This document shows positions 1 through 13,262 of a DNA stretch of 64,000 bases, one piece after another. Under the pieces are notes generated by a model. It saw only the letters and a list, made by a program, of their open reading frames with translations, made no database searches and was not told the origin of the DNA. This DNA comes from Eledone cirrhosa (taxonomy: Eukaryota), in contig OZ024758.1 in the NCBI GenBank assembly GCA_964016885.1, positions 14,446,001 through 14,510,000 of the forward strand, given 5' to 3'. Both the position numbers and the translations under genes were made by a program. Position 1 is the first letter of the stretch. Each line of letters starts with the position of its first letter.

Positions 1-85
1 ATAGAAACCTTGTCAAACAAAGGTTGGGGAGATTCTTCAGCTATGACAATGACACAATAACTTCCATACTGTTGGTACTATTATT

Positions 86-270
86 GAATTGGCAGTATCA
101 TTAGCAGGTCGGACGCCATGCTTTCCAGCATAGTTACGTCCCTTTACGGTCTGAGTTCAAATCCCGTCGAGATTATCTTTTCCTTTCACCCTTACGGGGT
201 CGATAAAATAAAGTACTAGTAATGTACTGGGTAATTGCTGGCCTTGTGCCAAAAGTAGAAACAGCTATTA
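86..270 (+). mobile_element. tRNA-derived SINE, family A (Meta-domain-like core)
   Basis: A box tggcagtatc, B box gagttcaaatccc, core cctttcatccttacggggtcgataaaataaagtaccag, end ggccttgtgccaaaagtagaaac; many copies in window. Confidence 0.8.
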
Positions 271-652
271 TAAAATGCATACAGTAGAGCTAGAGTGCAG
301 GGCTGTATGTTGTGTCTTCGGCCCTCCTGGAGATCAGAGAGTCCACTTGAGGACTGGCCAGCCTGTAACAATATGTCCAACTCTTGCTAGTTAAATGATG
401 GTGACACTGGTGAAAATGGTAAATGTTGGTGCCATAAAATAAACGCATCCTCTACACCCTATAAGATGGTTGGCATTCAACCAAAGAAACCATGCCAAAT
501 ATGGAACATATGATAAGGTTATTACAACCTAGCTAGTTTCAGACAATGACAAATCATCCCAGTGTGGAAGGTAGACGTAAAATAATGTTCATGATGATTT
601 TTCTGTAAAATAAATGCTACCAAGATCTTCTTTAATTTAATCTAATCATAAT

Positions 653-714
653 CTGAGCCCTGGCTGTTTCGACACCTAGATCCGGATCTAGGTGTCAAAA
701 TAGCCGGAGCTCAG
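653..714. repeat. about 62-bp palindrome with a perfect 26-bp loopless core
   Basis: gacacctagatcc|ggatctaggtgtc at 671-696, imperfect arms out to ctgagc...gctcag. Confidence 0.9.
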
Positions 715-861
715 CCGTCGGGGTCCTGAATCCTTTCATATTACCCACCCTACTACCCCAAGTGTCGAGTACTATGGTGGGTTCTGGTCTAGCTGGTTTT
801 TACCACACCCTATCTAATATATATATAGTGAGAGTGTTACTTATAGATACATATATTATAT

Positions 862-1488
862 AGGTGTGAATGTATGCTATGTTATACGGGTGTGAATGTA
901 TGCTATGTTATACAGGTGTGAATGTATGCTATGTTATACGGGTGTGAATGTATGCTATGTTATACAGGTGTGAATGTATGCTATATTATACAGGTGTGAA
1001 TGTATGCTATGTTATACAGGTGTGAATGTATGCTATATTATACAGGTGTGAATGTATGCTATGTTATACAGGTGTGAATGTATGCTATATTATACAGGTG
1101 TGAATGTATGCTATATTATACAGGTGTGAATGTATGCTATATTATACAGGTGTGAATGTATGCTATATTATACAGGTGTGAATGTATGCTATATTATACA
1201 GGTGTGAATGTATGCTATATTATACAGGTGTGAATGTATGCTATATTATACAGGTGTGAATGTATGCTATATTATACAGGTGTGAATGTATGCTATGTTA
1301 TACAGGTGTGAATGTATGCTATATTATACAGGTGTGAATGTATGCTATATTATACAGGTGTGAATGTATGCTATATTATACAGGTGTGAATGTATGCTAT
1401 ATTATACAGGTGTGAATGTATGCTATATTATACAGGTGTGAATGTATGCTATATTATACAGGTGTGAATGTATGCTATATTATACAGG
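862..1488. repeat. 26-bp minisatellite, about 24 copies
   Basis: unit caggtgtgaatgtatgctat(a/g)ttata. Confidence 0.95.
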
Positions 1489-1596
1489 TTATGTGTGTAC
1501 TTTTATCAATGCATGTTTTTAATAACATTTTATCAGCAATTTGCTTCCTCTTTTCCATATATGCATTATCTGCCACATTTCCAAACAAAGCTAATC

Positions 1597-2333
1597 ACTC
1601 AGGTAGACAGACAGACAGACACTCAGGTAGACAGAGAGGCAGATAGATACTCAGACAGACAGACACTCAGGTAGACAGAAAGGCAGACAGGCAGACACTC
1701 AGATAGACAGACACAGACACTCAGGTAGTCAGAGAGGCAGACAGATACTCAGACAGACAGACAGACACTCAGATAGACAGACACAGACACTCAGGTAGAC
1801 AGACGGGTCGACACTCAGGTAGACAGACACAGACACTCAGGTAGACAGACAGACACTCAGATAGACAGACACTCAGGTAGACAGACGGGTCGACACTCAG
1901 GTAGACAGACAGACACTCAGATAGACAGACACAGACACTCGGGTAGACAGACGGGTCGACACTCAGGTAGACAGACACAGACACTCAGGTAGACAGACAG
2001 ACACTCAGATAGACAGACACAGACACTCAGGTAGACAGACAGACACTCAGATAGACAGACAGATAGACAGACACAGACACTCAGGTAGACAGACAGATAG
2101 ACACTCAGGTAGACAGACAGATAGACACTCAGGTAGACAGACACACTCACTTAGGAAGGCAGACACACTCAGGTAGACACAGACACTCAGGTAGGTAGAC
2201 AGAGACACTCAGGTAGACAGACAATCAGACAGGCAGACAGATATTCAGGTAGACAGACACTCAGGTAGACAGACAGATACACTCAGGTAGACAGACAGAC
2301 ACTCAGGTAGATAGACAGGCACTCAGATAGACA
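1597..2333. repeat. compound (CAGA)n-derived satellite with cactcaggtagacag motif; resumes at about 4503-4590
   Basis: direct reading. Confidence 0.9.
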
Positions 2334-2344
2334 AATTTCTGTTT

Positions 2345-4502
2345 ATTTGCCACTAGGGCACAAAAGAAAGGGACATGTACATGGGTGGGGGGAGTTTACA
2401 TAAAAATCGAGTAAGAAAAATATAACAAACAAAATAATAACAAGAAGGTCCTCAATAGGGAGGGATCGTTTTGGGGTCACACACACCCCCGAAAAAAAGT
2501 GTGCGACCCTTCTCCACGGGAGCACAAAGAGAGGGTGCTCCCTTCTTTCTGTTCCACCTACAGGCTGAGGTAGAGAGAAGGCCCATTCACACGGGCCATT
2601 CTCGCAACTTTTACCCACCTTTCATAAAACTGGCTGGAGTGGAGCACCTCTCTCTCCATCCTGATCCTTCTTCCGAAATGGTATCGGAAGAAAAGGACCA
2701 GTTGTTCAATTGACCGAAAGTCAAATTGAGCTGATTCTGAAAGAAATTAAAAACGACATACTCTTTATTCAAAGAGGAAAGCTGTATGCCAGCATAATGG
2801 TCCGAATGAATGACGAAATGCTGGCGCAAAAATATTCGGTGGCACCTATAGTGTCACCACAATACACCTTCTTCCCCACATATAAAGGAAGAAGAACACA
2901 AAGAATAAGAATGTGGAGCCCAACGCCGGAAATTAACACCTGGTCCGTTCTAACAGGATTTACCAACCTAGAAAAGGATATACTTATTTCAGCAGGGGAG
3001 TCCACCAGTAGACTGTTCGGGGGGGGAAAGTCTGGAGGTTCTCTTACAGATGACACCTGAGAGAATCTCCGGAATACCCGACCGAGTGCTACTGGATGGG
3101 CGAACCTACATAAATATCACAGTGGAAGGCAGGAGACCCTCATGTTACCACTGCGCTGGCAGAGGTCACCTGAGGACGGCCTGCCCTCTACTAACAACAA
3201 AAAAACCACTGCTACAAACACCACAACAACAACAAAAACAACCAGCACCACCATCACAAAAACAACAAAATACACTACCATCACCACCAGAACGACAACA
3301 AAAACCAACAACACCACCACCACAACAACAACATCAACAACAGCTCAAGAAAACAACCCAAAACACGGTCCCACCCAGCCCCACCCCACAGAACACAAAA
3401 ACACACGCAGTTCATACACAACCCGGAGATATACCCCTCCCCTCCAATACGGAAGAGGAGCTCATATCGTCGGAAGACGAGGGGGCTCCCTTCCAAAAAG
3501 TGAAAAGAAAAAAACGTACACACACCACACAAACAAAAGTAACCCCACCTGACAACACAACACAGACAATAAAACGCAAACTCACTCAACAACAACAAGC
3601 AAAAACAAACACAACAACACAAAAACTCTACACATACATAAACAAAAACAATAAAAACCTAACTGAAAAAATAGAAAACAACCCTTCGATACAAACCGAA
3701 GGGCCGAATTTCGTAACGGCAATGGGACTCCCTAACCTGAAAATGGTGAAAATCCCACTTGACATTTTCAAAACTTTGAAAGACCCTGAGGACGTGGGCC
3801 CACCCTGCACCAGGCCACTCAACCGCGTCCTCCTGAAAAGTTTTCCCCTCCCCTCCTCAAACACCCACACAACTCCAAAGATCCCAACCCCTCCATGCAC
3901 TAATACCCCCACACCACCACAAACCACCACCCCACCCATCAACCCCTCCACCAGCCCCATGGAAACTGAGCGGTCCGAACCCCGGGACGCAGAGAGGTAA
4001 GTGCCTCTTCCTTTGCCACCAACATGGCTGTCTTAAGAGTAGGTTGTCTAAATGCGCGTGGCCTGGGCTCACCTTGGAAGCAAGCTAAACTTCTAAGTGA
4101 CCTCAGGTCAATGTATAAATGTGATAGTTATCTGCGAGGCCCGGATCAGCAGCCTGCGACAGCTAGCCCCCCACCTTTGATGACTTTGAGATGCACGCAT
4201 CTCTCTGTCAGCCCGGAGGTGGGGGTGGGGGTGGGGTTGTCGTTCTGCTGCAAAAACATCTGGGTCTCGCTACACAGACGGTACACTTGGACCCGGAGGG
4301 TCGACTCGTGGTTCTGGACCTTGGCAATGGTGAAGGCGAAGCTTTTAGGCTTGTCGCCGTATACGCCCCTTTTGGGGCAATGCTGTCGGACTTCTTCCAT
4401 CGTCTGGAGACTTTTCTAGGGACGTCCCGCTCCTTGCTTTTAGTGGGGGACTGGAATGGTATCCTAGATGCACGTTGGGACTATGTAGGGGCATGTCCCG
4501 AT
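2345..4502 (+). mobile_element. Tx1/L1-like LINE, 5' half only: frameshifted ORF1 with CCHC zinc knuckle (about 2710-4000) and start of ORF2 APE endonuclease (4024-4500)
   Basis: CYHCAGRGHLRTAC knuckle; ORF2 begins MAVLRVGCLNARGL and, after frameshifts, reads DPEGRLVVLD, FRLVAVYAP, LLVGDWNGILD. Confidence 0.8.
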
Positions 4503-4759
4503 AGAGGGGACAGAGAATCAGAGAGAGACACTCGGGTAGACAGACAGTGAGTCAGTCAGTCAGACTGACATACAGACAGTCATACATACACAAAGTAATA
4601 TTTAAGCTGACACACACCGTTTTAATTTAGTTGTATTATGCTGTCAAGGAAGTTAGATAGTTATGCAGATGGTACCAGTTTCTCCTTTACAATGTAAAAT
4701 TGTGAGTATTCCTACTAAATTTAATATATTATTCTAAGGTGGTAAGATTGGCAGAGGCA

Positions 4760-5701
4760 TTAACCCTTTAGCATTTAAACTGGCCATATCCAGCCAGAAT
4801 TCCCTCAACTCTTTCTGTTCAAACCAGCCATAACTGGCTGCTTATATTTATGTTAAGGTAGTGTTCTCAAAATAAATAACATCAAAATCTCATAGATTTG
4901 ATATTATGTGAGATAATTATATGAAATTTACCATGAAATTTACCATGAAATTTACCATTCGATATTATGTGAGATAATTATATGAATTTACCATGAAAAT
5001 ACAATAGTATATATATAGAGTAATCATCATCATCATCATTTTACGTCCACTTTTCCCTACCTGCAAGGGTGGGACAGGTCCTATTCAGCAGAGCATCTCT
5101 CCACTTGTCACGGTCCTATGTCATCTCCATCGTGAGCTTCACTGATCTGAGGTCTGCTCTCACCACCTCTGCCCATGTTTTTCGTGGTCTTCCTCTACTA
5201 CGTCTTCCTTCAACTGGCATTTCTTGGCACTTCTTCACCCATCGATCATCCTCCATGCGCATCACATGTCCATACCATCGCAGTCTCCTCTCCTGCACAC
5301 AACAATTTATCCCTCTCAGACACATCATCATCATCATCATCATCACCGTTTTACGTCCGTTCTTCCACGCTAGCATGGGTTAGACGGGTTGTCCTGTTGT
5401 GGGCAGTGTCTGGTCGGCTGACCATGCCTTGCTCATACAGGAACTGATCTGGCTTGATTTCTACAGCTGGATGCCCTTCCTAACACCAACCTCATTTACA
5501 GTGAGTGCTGGGTGCTTTTTCGTGGCGCCTACACGTCCACTTTACAGTGTGGGCTGGGTGCTTTTTTGCCGTGGCACCTCCACGACCACCTTGCGGTGGG
5601 GGGGGGGGGGGGCATATTGTTTATATGCTTCAGCATGTACCCATGGGAGGTCGGGTACCCTGTATTACTGCGTGACAGTAATGTAAATGCTAAAGGGTTA
5701 A
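4760..5701. mobile_element. piggyBac-type MITE interrupted by two RTE 3' fragments (about 5024-5676, minus)
   Basis: TTAA-CCCTTTAGCATTTA...TAAATGCTAAAGGG-TTAA; insert encodes ERRLRWYGHVMRM..GRPRKTW and has (CAT)n tails. Confidence 0.85.
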
Positions 5702-6354
5702 GACATTGAATTAACAATGCCTTGCATTATTTGTTCCAGCTCAGTGTATTCTGAGTTCAAATCTTACTGAAGTCAATGTTGCTTTTCATCCTTTCAAGGT
5801 TGATAAATATATTACCTGTCCAGTACTGGGGCTGGTTCTTCCTCTATCTCTCTCTTTCTCTCTCTGGAAGAAATTAGCTAAGTGCTGACATAGAGAGTGA
5901 TGGGACTCCCAGGTTTAAAATACCCAAGATACACAATGTGTCAAGATAGGGCCCTTATAACTCCATCAGGAGTTTAAAGGCCCTTTACGTTTTTTTTTAT
6001 ATATATATTATTGTAGAAACTAAGCACAGACACACATCAACCCTTTAGCATTTACATTACTCTATATATACTACTGTATTTTCGTGGTAAAGGCTTTACC
6101 TCACATAAATATCTCACATAATATCGAATCTGTGAGATTTTGATATTATTTATTTTGAGAACAATACCTTAACATGAGTATGAGCGGCCATTTACAGCCG
6201 GTTTGAACAGAAAGAGGTGGTTCAATGAAGCCATTATCATTTCCAAGTCATAAAGTTTATTGCTCCATAAAGTTGCAAATTTAAATATGAATTAAAACTT
6301 TTAACAATAATTGATTTGTATTTAAATTAGCTTAAACAATACTGTATATTATTA

Positions 6355-6540
6355 GTGGATTGGCAGTATCGGTAGAGGGTAGGACGCCATGCTTTGAGGC
6401 ATAGTTACGGTCCTTGCCATTCTGAGTTCAAATCCCGGCGAGGTTAACTTTGCCTTTCATCCTTACGGGGTCGATAAAATAAAGTACCAGTAATACACTG
6501 GGTATTTGCTGGCCTTGTGCCAAAAATATAAACAATTATT
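6355..6540 (+). mobile_element. SINE family A
   Basis: full copy with A/B boxes and core. Confidence 0.8.
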
Positions 6541-7208
6541 ATCTTTATTATCATATTATTCATTGTTTTCTTTACACATGTTTCAAAAACCTGCCAGTTG
6601 TATATTTTAAATTCAACATACATATTCTAATTCTTGGAAAATGCAAATCTTATATTCACATCTGCTTATCAGCATTGTCAGTTTATTCTTTTATTTATCC
6701 CACCCTTGCAAACAGGGAAAAGCGGACGTAAAATGATGATGATGTTATTCAAGATATTAATTGGAGGACAAACAAACGTGAGACAATACAGGACATCGTT
6801 TAACATCCACTTTCCATGCTAGCATGGGTTAGATGGATTGTCCCATTTGAAGCAAGTTGGGTCAGGTGACCATGTCTTGCTCATACAGAACTGTTTCTGG
6901 CTTGATTTCTACAGCTGGATGCCCTTCTTAACACCAACCACATTTACAGTGTTTATATTTATCTCAAAAGTTTCTGCGATAATTTTATGTGAGAATCTTT
7001 GTTTGATTATGCTTCCAGGACATGTTTAATTGTGGGAAAGTTAATTATATTATTAAATACCTTCAAAATGATTAAAAACCCCAGGCAGTGTGTTTCATTA
7101 AAAATACGATAATGAAAGTGTTAACTACATACCTCATGATGCTTCTTATAAACTATACTATACATATTATTTTTTTTTTTTTCTATCAATCTTCAACAGT
7201 TGAGGGCA

Positions 7209-7357
7209 ATGAGCACAGAATTTACCCGCCTTTTGTCCCCCCAAAGTTCTGATTCATCAAACTGGAAGGTTATTGTGAAGAAGCAGTTTTCAGAATGCTG
7301 TAACACAGCTTCCTGGAAACAGAGATTCCCTATAACTCAGTGGCTTCCAAATTACAA
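7209..7357 (+). CDS. SLC26A11: SLC26A11-like coding exon 1 (MSTEFTRLLSPQ...KQRFPITQWLPNY)
   Basis: T-rich tract and cag acceptor ending at 7199, ATG at 7209, donor gtaagt at 7358. The acceptor implies an upstream non-coding exon. Confidence 0.85.
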
Positions 7358-10300
7358 GTAAGTTGAATATACTTTTCTAAAATAATTGTTTCTACTTTAG
7401 GCACAAGGCCAGCAATTTGAAGGAGAAGGGAAAGTTGATTAAATCAACCCCAATACTTACTGGTGTTTTATTTCATTGACCCCGTAAGGATGGATTTGAA
7501 CTTTTCTAAAATAATAAATACAAACACAACAACAAAATAATCTGTTTGTATTAACCAGTTAGCATTTAAACCGGCCATATCTGGCCAGAATTCTCTCATC
7601 TCAAACTGGCTGCATATACTGATGTTAAGGTATTGTTCTCAAAATAAATAATATCAAAATCTTATAGATTCGATATTATGGGCAGTAAAGCCTTTACCAT
7701 GAAAATACAATAGTATATATAGAGTAATGTAAATGTTAAAGGGTTAACAGAAAGGTCGAGTGCATCATCATCATCATCATGTCTGTTGTTTCCATTCTCG
7801 CATGGGTCCTTTTCAGTACATCATCTCTCCACTTGCCGTGCATCTGACTTACAAACGTTATACCATATCCCTACATGTTTTAAGAAGCAGCTAAAAGGCC
7901 TGACATTACACAGGATATTCAGCTGTAGAACATTGACTCAAAATGAGTCCCATAATGAATGGGAAGTCTGTCATAGGGCCTGCAGGGTTGACTCCTACTT
8001 CAGTAGAGAAAATGGCATTCAAATGTTTGTTGTGTTTGTTGTATTAATCAAGAGATATGCGAAAATGTGAATAGATCTGTGTGTGTGTGTTTATGTCCAA
8101 ACTTATATCTATGTCTATGTGTGTGCATGTGCATATATGTGGAAAAAATGTATGTGGTTGTGTGTGTATACAAATGTGTGTGTGTGTGTGTGTGTGTGCG
8201 TGCATATTCATAAATATGTATGTATGTATGTGAGTATGTGTAAAAACTTGTAAATGATCTTACAATACCATGACAACCTCACCACTACTACTCTCTCTAT
8301 GATATTGTAATATTGTTTTTAACCCTTTAGCATTTAAACCGGCTGTATCCAGCCAGAATTTTCTCACCTCTTTCTGTTCAAACCAGCCATAACCTGCCAC
8401 TCAGACTGATGTTAAGGTATTGTTCTTAAAATAAATAACATCAAAATCTCATAGATTCAATATTATGTGAGATATGATATTATGTAAAATAAAGCCTTTA
8501 CCATGAAAATACAATAGTAAATATAGAGTAATGTAAATATTAAAGGGTTAAGGATTTTAATACAGCTATTTTCTGCTTTTGTTTATTTTAATTCCAGGTT
8601 AAGTTATTTAAAATCTGACATAATTGCTGGGTTAACGGTAACTTTAACAGTTATACCCCAGGGACTTGCTTATGCCAAAATTGCTAGATTACCTCCACAG
8701 GTGAGTTAGGTTGTTTGTGTTTTTTAATAAATTTAATTCAAATTCTTTTTATTTTCTTGTATACATGTTATTTGTGGTGAATTAGCAGAGGTGTTAAAAT
8801 GCCGGATAGAATGCTTTACGCTATTCATCTCGCCTCATTGCACGCTTTGAGTTCAAATCCCGTCAGGGTTGACTTTGACTTTCATCCTTTCAAAGTTGAT
8901 AAAAAATGTACAAGTCCAGTACTGGGGGTCGATTCTACTTCTATAGAAAAAGTTGACTATGTTCAGACCTGGATAGGGTTAGGCTCCGCCAGGTTTAAAG
9001 GTGCCCTAGACACACTGTTTGATGGTGTGTCTATGACCCCGCAAGGAGTAATGAGATCTTTATCCTTTTATGTTAATAAAACTATTTCTTACTAATAAAA
9101 CATTGCCTTAACATTTCAGTATGGCCTCTACTCAGCATTTGTGGGCTGTTTTGTCTACTGTTTCCTGGGTACTGCCAAAGACATTACTATTGGGCCCACA
9201 GCCATCATGTCCTTAATGACTGCAGCATTTGGAAGTTCCCCTGTTGACAATGATCCAACATATGCTATCTTATTGGCGTTATTCTGTGGAATAATCCAGT
9301 TATTAATGGGGATTTTCAATCTAGGTAAGTTCTTTCTCAATTTTAAACCCTTTTGCGACTTTGTTAATTTAATTCCTATATGTTTTCAATATGTCACCAT
9401 CATCGATTTTTATATTTAAGTTGATACTTAACCCTTTAGCATTTAAACCAGCTGTATCTGGCCAGAATTTTCTCGCCTCTTTCTGTTCAAACTAACTGTA
9501 AACAGCCGCTCATACTGATGTTAAGGTATTGTTCTCAAAATAAATAATATCAAAATCTCACAGATTCAATATCATGTGAGATAATTATGTGAGGTAAAGC
9601 CTTTACCAGGAAAATACAATAGTATATATAGAGTAATGTAATATACAATAGTATATATAGAGTAATGTAATATACAATAGTATATATAGAGTAATGTAAT
9701 ATACAATAGTATATATAGAGTAATGTAATATACAATAGTATATATAGAGTAATGTAATATACAATAGTATATATAGAGTAATGTAATATACAATAGTATA
9801 AATAGAGTAATGTAATATACAATAGTATATATAGAGTAATGTAATATACAATAGTATATATAGAGTAATGTAACATACAATAGTATATATAGAGTAATGT
9901 AACATACAATAGTATATATAGAGTAATGTAATATACAATAGTATATATAGAGTAATGTAATATACAATAGTATATATAGAGTAATGTAATATACAATAGT
10001 ATATATAGAGTAATGTAATATACAATAGTATATATAGAGTAATGTAACATACAATAGTATATATAGAGTAATGTAACATACAATAGTATATATAGAGTAA
10101 TGTAACATACAATAGTATATATATAGTAATGTAATATACAATAGTATATATAGAGTAATGTAACATACAATAGTATATATAGAGTAATGTAACATACAAT
10201 AGTATATATAGAGTAATGTAAATCCTAAAGGGTTAAGTTTCTGATTTAGACTCACAACCAACAATTGTGGAGAGGAAAGTCGATTAAATTTAACCTCCAG

Positions 10301-13105
10301 TGCATTACTGGAACTTTATTGTATTGACCCCGTAAGGATGAAAGTCAGGATTTGAACTCGGATTGTAAAGGGGCGTAACTCTGCCATAAAGCACGTTGTC
10401 CAATGCTCTACCAATATTGCCAATCCACTGCCCTTAAAGATCAACAAACAGTTATTTTATCAAATCACTCAAAATATTTGATTATTTTCAATATTATTTG
10501 GCAGTATCGGTAGAGGATCAGACGCCATGCTGAGTTCAAATCCCACCGAGGTTAACTTTGCCTTTCATCCTTACGGGGATCGATAAAATAAAGTGCCAGT
10601 AATACACTGGGGTAATTGCTGGCCTTGTGCCAAAAGTAGAAACAATTATTTGAAACTCAGGGGTAGTGTCTTTCAGTAGAAATATGGTAGTGGAAGAGTT
10701 AAAAGCTGTCTGAAGAACAACCAGTTATATTTATTAGCTCACTACATTAACTATGTTAGCTCTGCCACTTAATTATGTAAAATAGTTCCTACCATAGCTA
10801 GGGTGGCAGATGGATGTTAAACAATGATGATGACGAGTTTAGTTGTCATTAGCTCTGCCACTTATGTAACAGAGTTCATTTGTCATTAGTTCAGCCTGAC
10901 AAAAAGCAACATTACTAACTACCAGTTTATAATAATGAAATTATTGTGTAAAGTGCTCAGGTGCACTACAACTCGTCAATATAGTACATAGAATAATACA
11001 CAAATGCCAGGGAAGTACATGTTTGTATGTGTTAGCTGTAGTGTTGGCGGATCTCGGGAAGCATGGAGGCCTTAAAGGATGCAGTGTCTCGACAGCTAAC
11101 AACTGATGCAGGTAGTTTGTTCCATGCTTCAGCAACTCTGAGCGTGAAAAAATGTTTCCGAAAGTCATGGGAACTGTGCTGTTTTCTTACTTTGTGGGCA
11201 TGTCCACGTGTGTTAGACACATGGAAATTGAAAAGGCACTCAGGGTTGTTGTTGGCAACATGGTTAACAATTTTGTGGGTGTTTACCAAGTCAGTTGCCA
11301 GGCGTCGGAGCTTCAATGAATCCATGCCCAGGGAAGCAAGGCGCTCAGAGTATGGTAGATGCCTGATGGAGGGTATTCGCTTGGTTGCACGTCTCTGAAC
11401 AGTTTCCAGGCGGTCAATGTCCTGAGCAAGATAGGGGTTCCAGACTGGTGATGCAAATTCTAAGTGTGGTCGCACCATAGCTGTATACAGCCTTAAATAG
11501 ATATCTGGAGAGCGGCTGACAAAGGTCTTGCTGAGTGATGCTAAGACACCCTCGGCCCTCTTGACAATTTTAGAGACGTGCCTCGTCCAACGCAAATCGC
11601 TGCTGACCGTAATGCCCAGGTCACGTTCACAGGAAGACTTCTTGATATTAGTGCTGTGGAGGGAGTATGTGGACGCTGGGTTTTTACTCCCAAAATGCAT
11701 GGTGGTGCACTTGTCCACAGCTAGCTTGAGTTGCCAGTCTGAGATCCACTGTTGCATTGTGTCCAGGTCAGACTGCAAGCAAGATCTATAGTGTTCAGGA
11801 TCTGTCCTTTTTATCTCAAGGTACAGCTTGATGTCGTCTGCGTACTTTAGTACTGTGGCATTCCTTAAGTTGGCATCTATGTCATTAATATATGCCACAA
11901 ACAAAAGGGGGCCAAGAACAGATCCCTGAGGTACACCAGATGACATCTCATATGGTGAGGAATGCTGTCCCAGAACCGTGACTACCTCTCTTCGACTGAG
12001 AATGAAGGACTTCAACCAGTTAAAAAGATCATCCTTCACACCCATTGCAGAGAGTTTTGCCATAAGCCTTTTGTGTGGCACAGAATTGAAGGCCTTCGCA
12101 AAGTCAAGGTAAACAACATCCACCCATGAGCCGCCATCAGTGATCCGGGTGATGTCCTCAAGAAACTCTATAAGTTGATCACAGCAGCTGGAGTTGGGGA
12201 TAAATCCAAATTGCGAGGGCCGGATAAGACTGTGAGAGCTCCAGAAGTTCCAAAGTGTTTCTCTGACACAGGATTCCATCAGTTTGGCGATGCAACTAGT
12301 AAGACTGACTGGACGATAGTTCACAGGTGATGTGCGGTCACCCTTTTTGAACAGAGGAATTACACTGGCAGTTTTCCACTGTTCTGGAGTAGCACTGTTG
12401 TTCAGACAGAATTGGAAGATCCATACGAGGTCATGAGAAACGGTGTGTGACTCAAATCATCAGTAATTTTACAAATATTGAGTCATGTGTTGTAACAGGT
12501 TTAGTTAGGTTATGCAGCCTTTCAAAATACTTGCCACACTCCAATAAAGATGAATTGTCACATCAGATATCATGAGTCACTAAACAACTTTCTTATTTAC
12601 TATAGTCAGAACAGAGAGAGCCATCTGCAAGAATATGTCATTAAACCATCTCCTGACTTACGACAGTCGGAACAGAGAGAGCCATCGGCAAGAATATGTC
12701 ACTAAACCACTTTTATAAGTGTCATCACGCAGACAGAGGAAGGGAGAGGAAAATAGAGAGGGGGTGGGGTGAAAACAAGTGTTGAGTAGTGGAATTTGCA
12801 TGAAGATAAGGAGAGATGACTGACAGCTCAGAGTGTGTGTGTATGTATATATGTGTGTGTGTAAAAGGTAAACAGAAATAACAAAACAAACAGCACAGCA
12901 CATGGAAGAAATATATTAGTATAACACTTGAAATAGCAGGAAGAGAGTCTTAATTTTCGGACACTAGTCCTTCATCAGAAGATAGAGTTAGAAATAGAAG
13001 ATAAATAGAAAGTAAAGAGTGATAAGATGAAGGAATGGGGGAAAACATATGTGTATTCAGCCAGCCATATATATATATATTATATATATATATATATTAT
13101 ATATT

Positions 13106-13163
<58 letters not shown>

Positions 13164-13228
13164 ATATATTATATATATATATATTATATATTATATATAT
13201 ATATATTATATATATATATATTATATAT

Positions 13229-13262
<34 letters not shown>

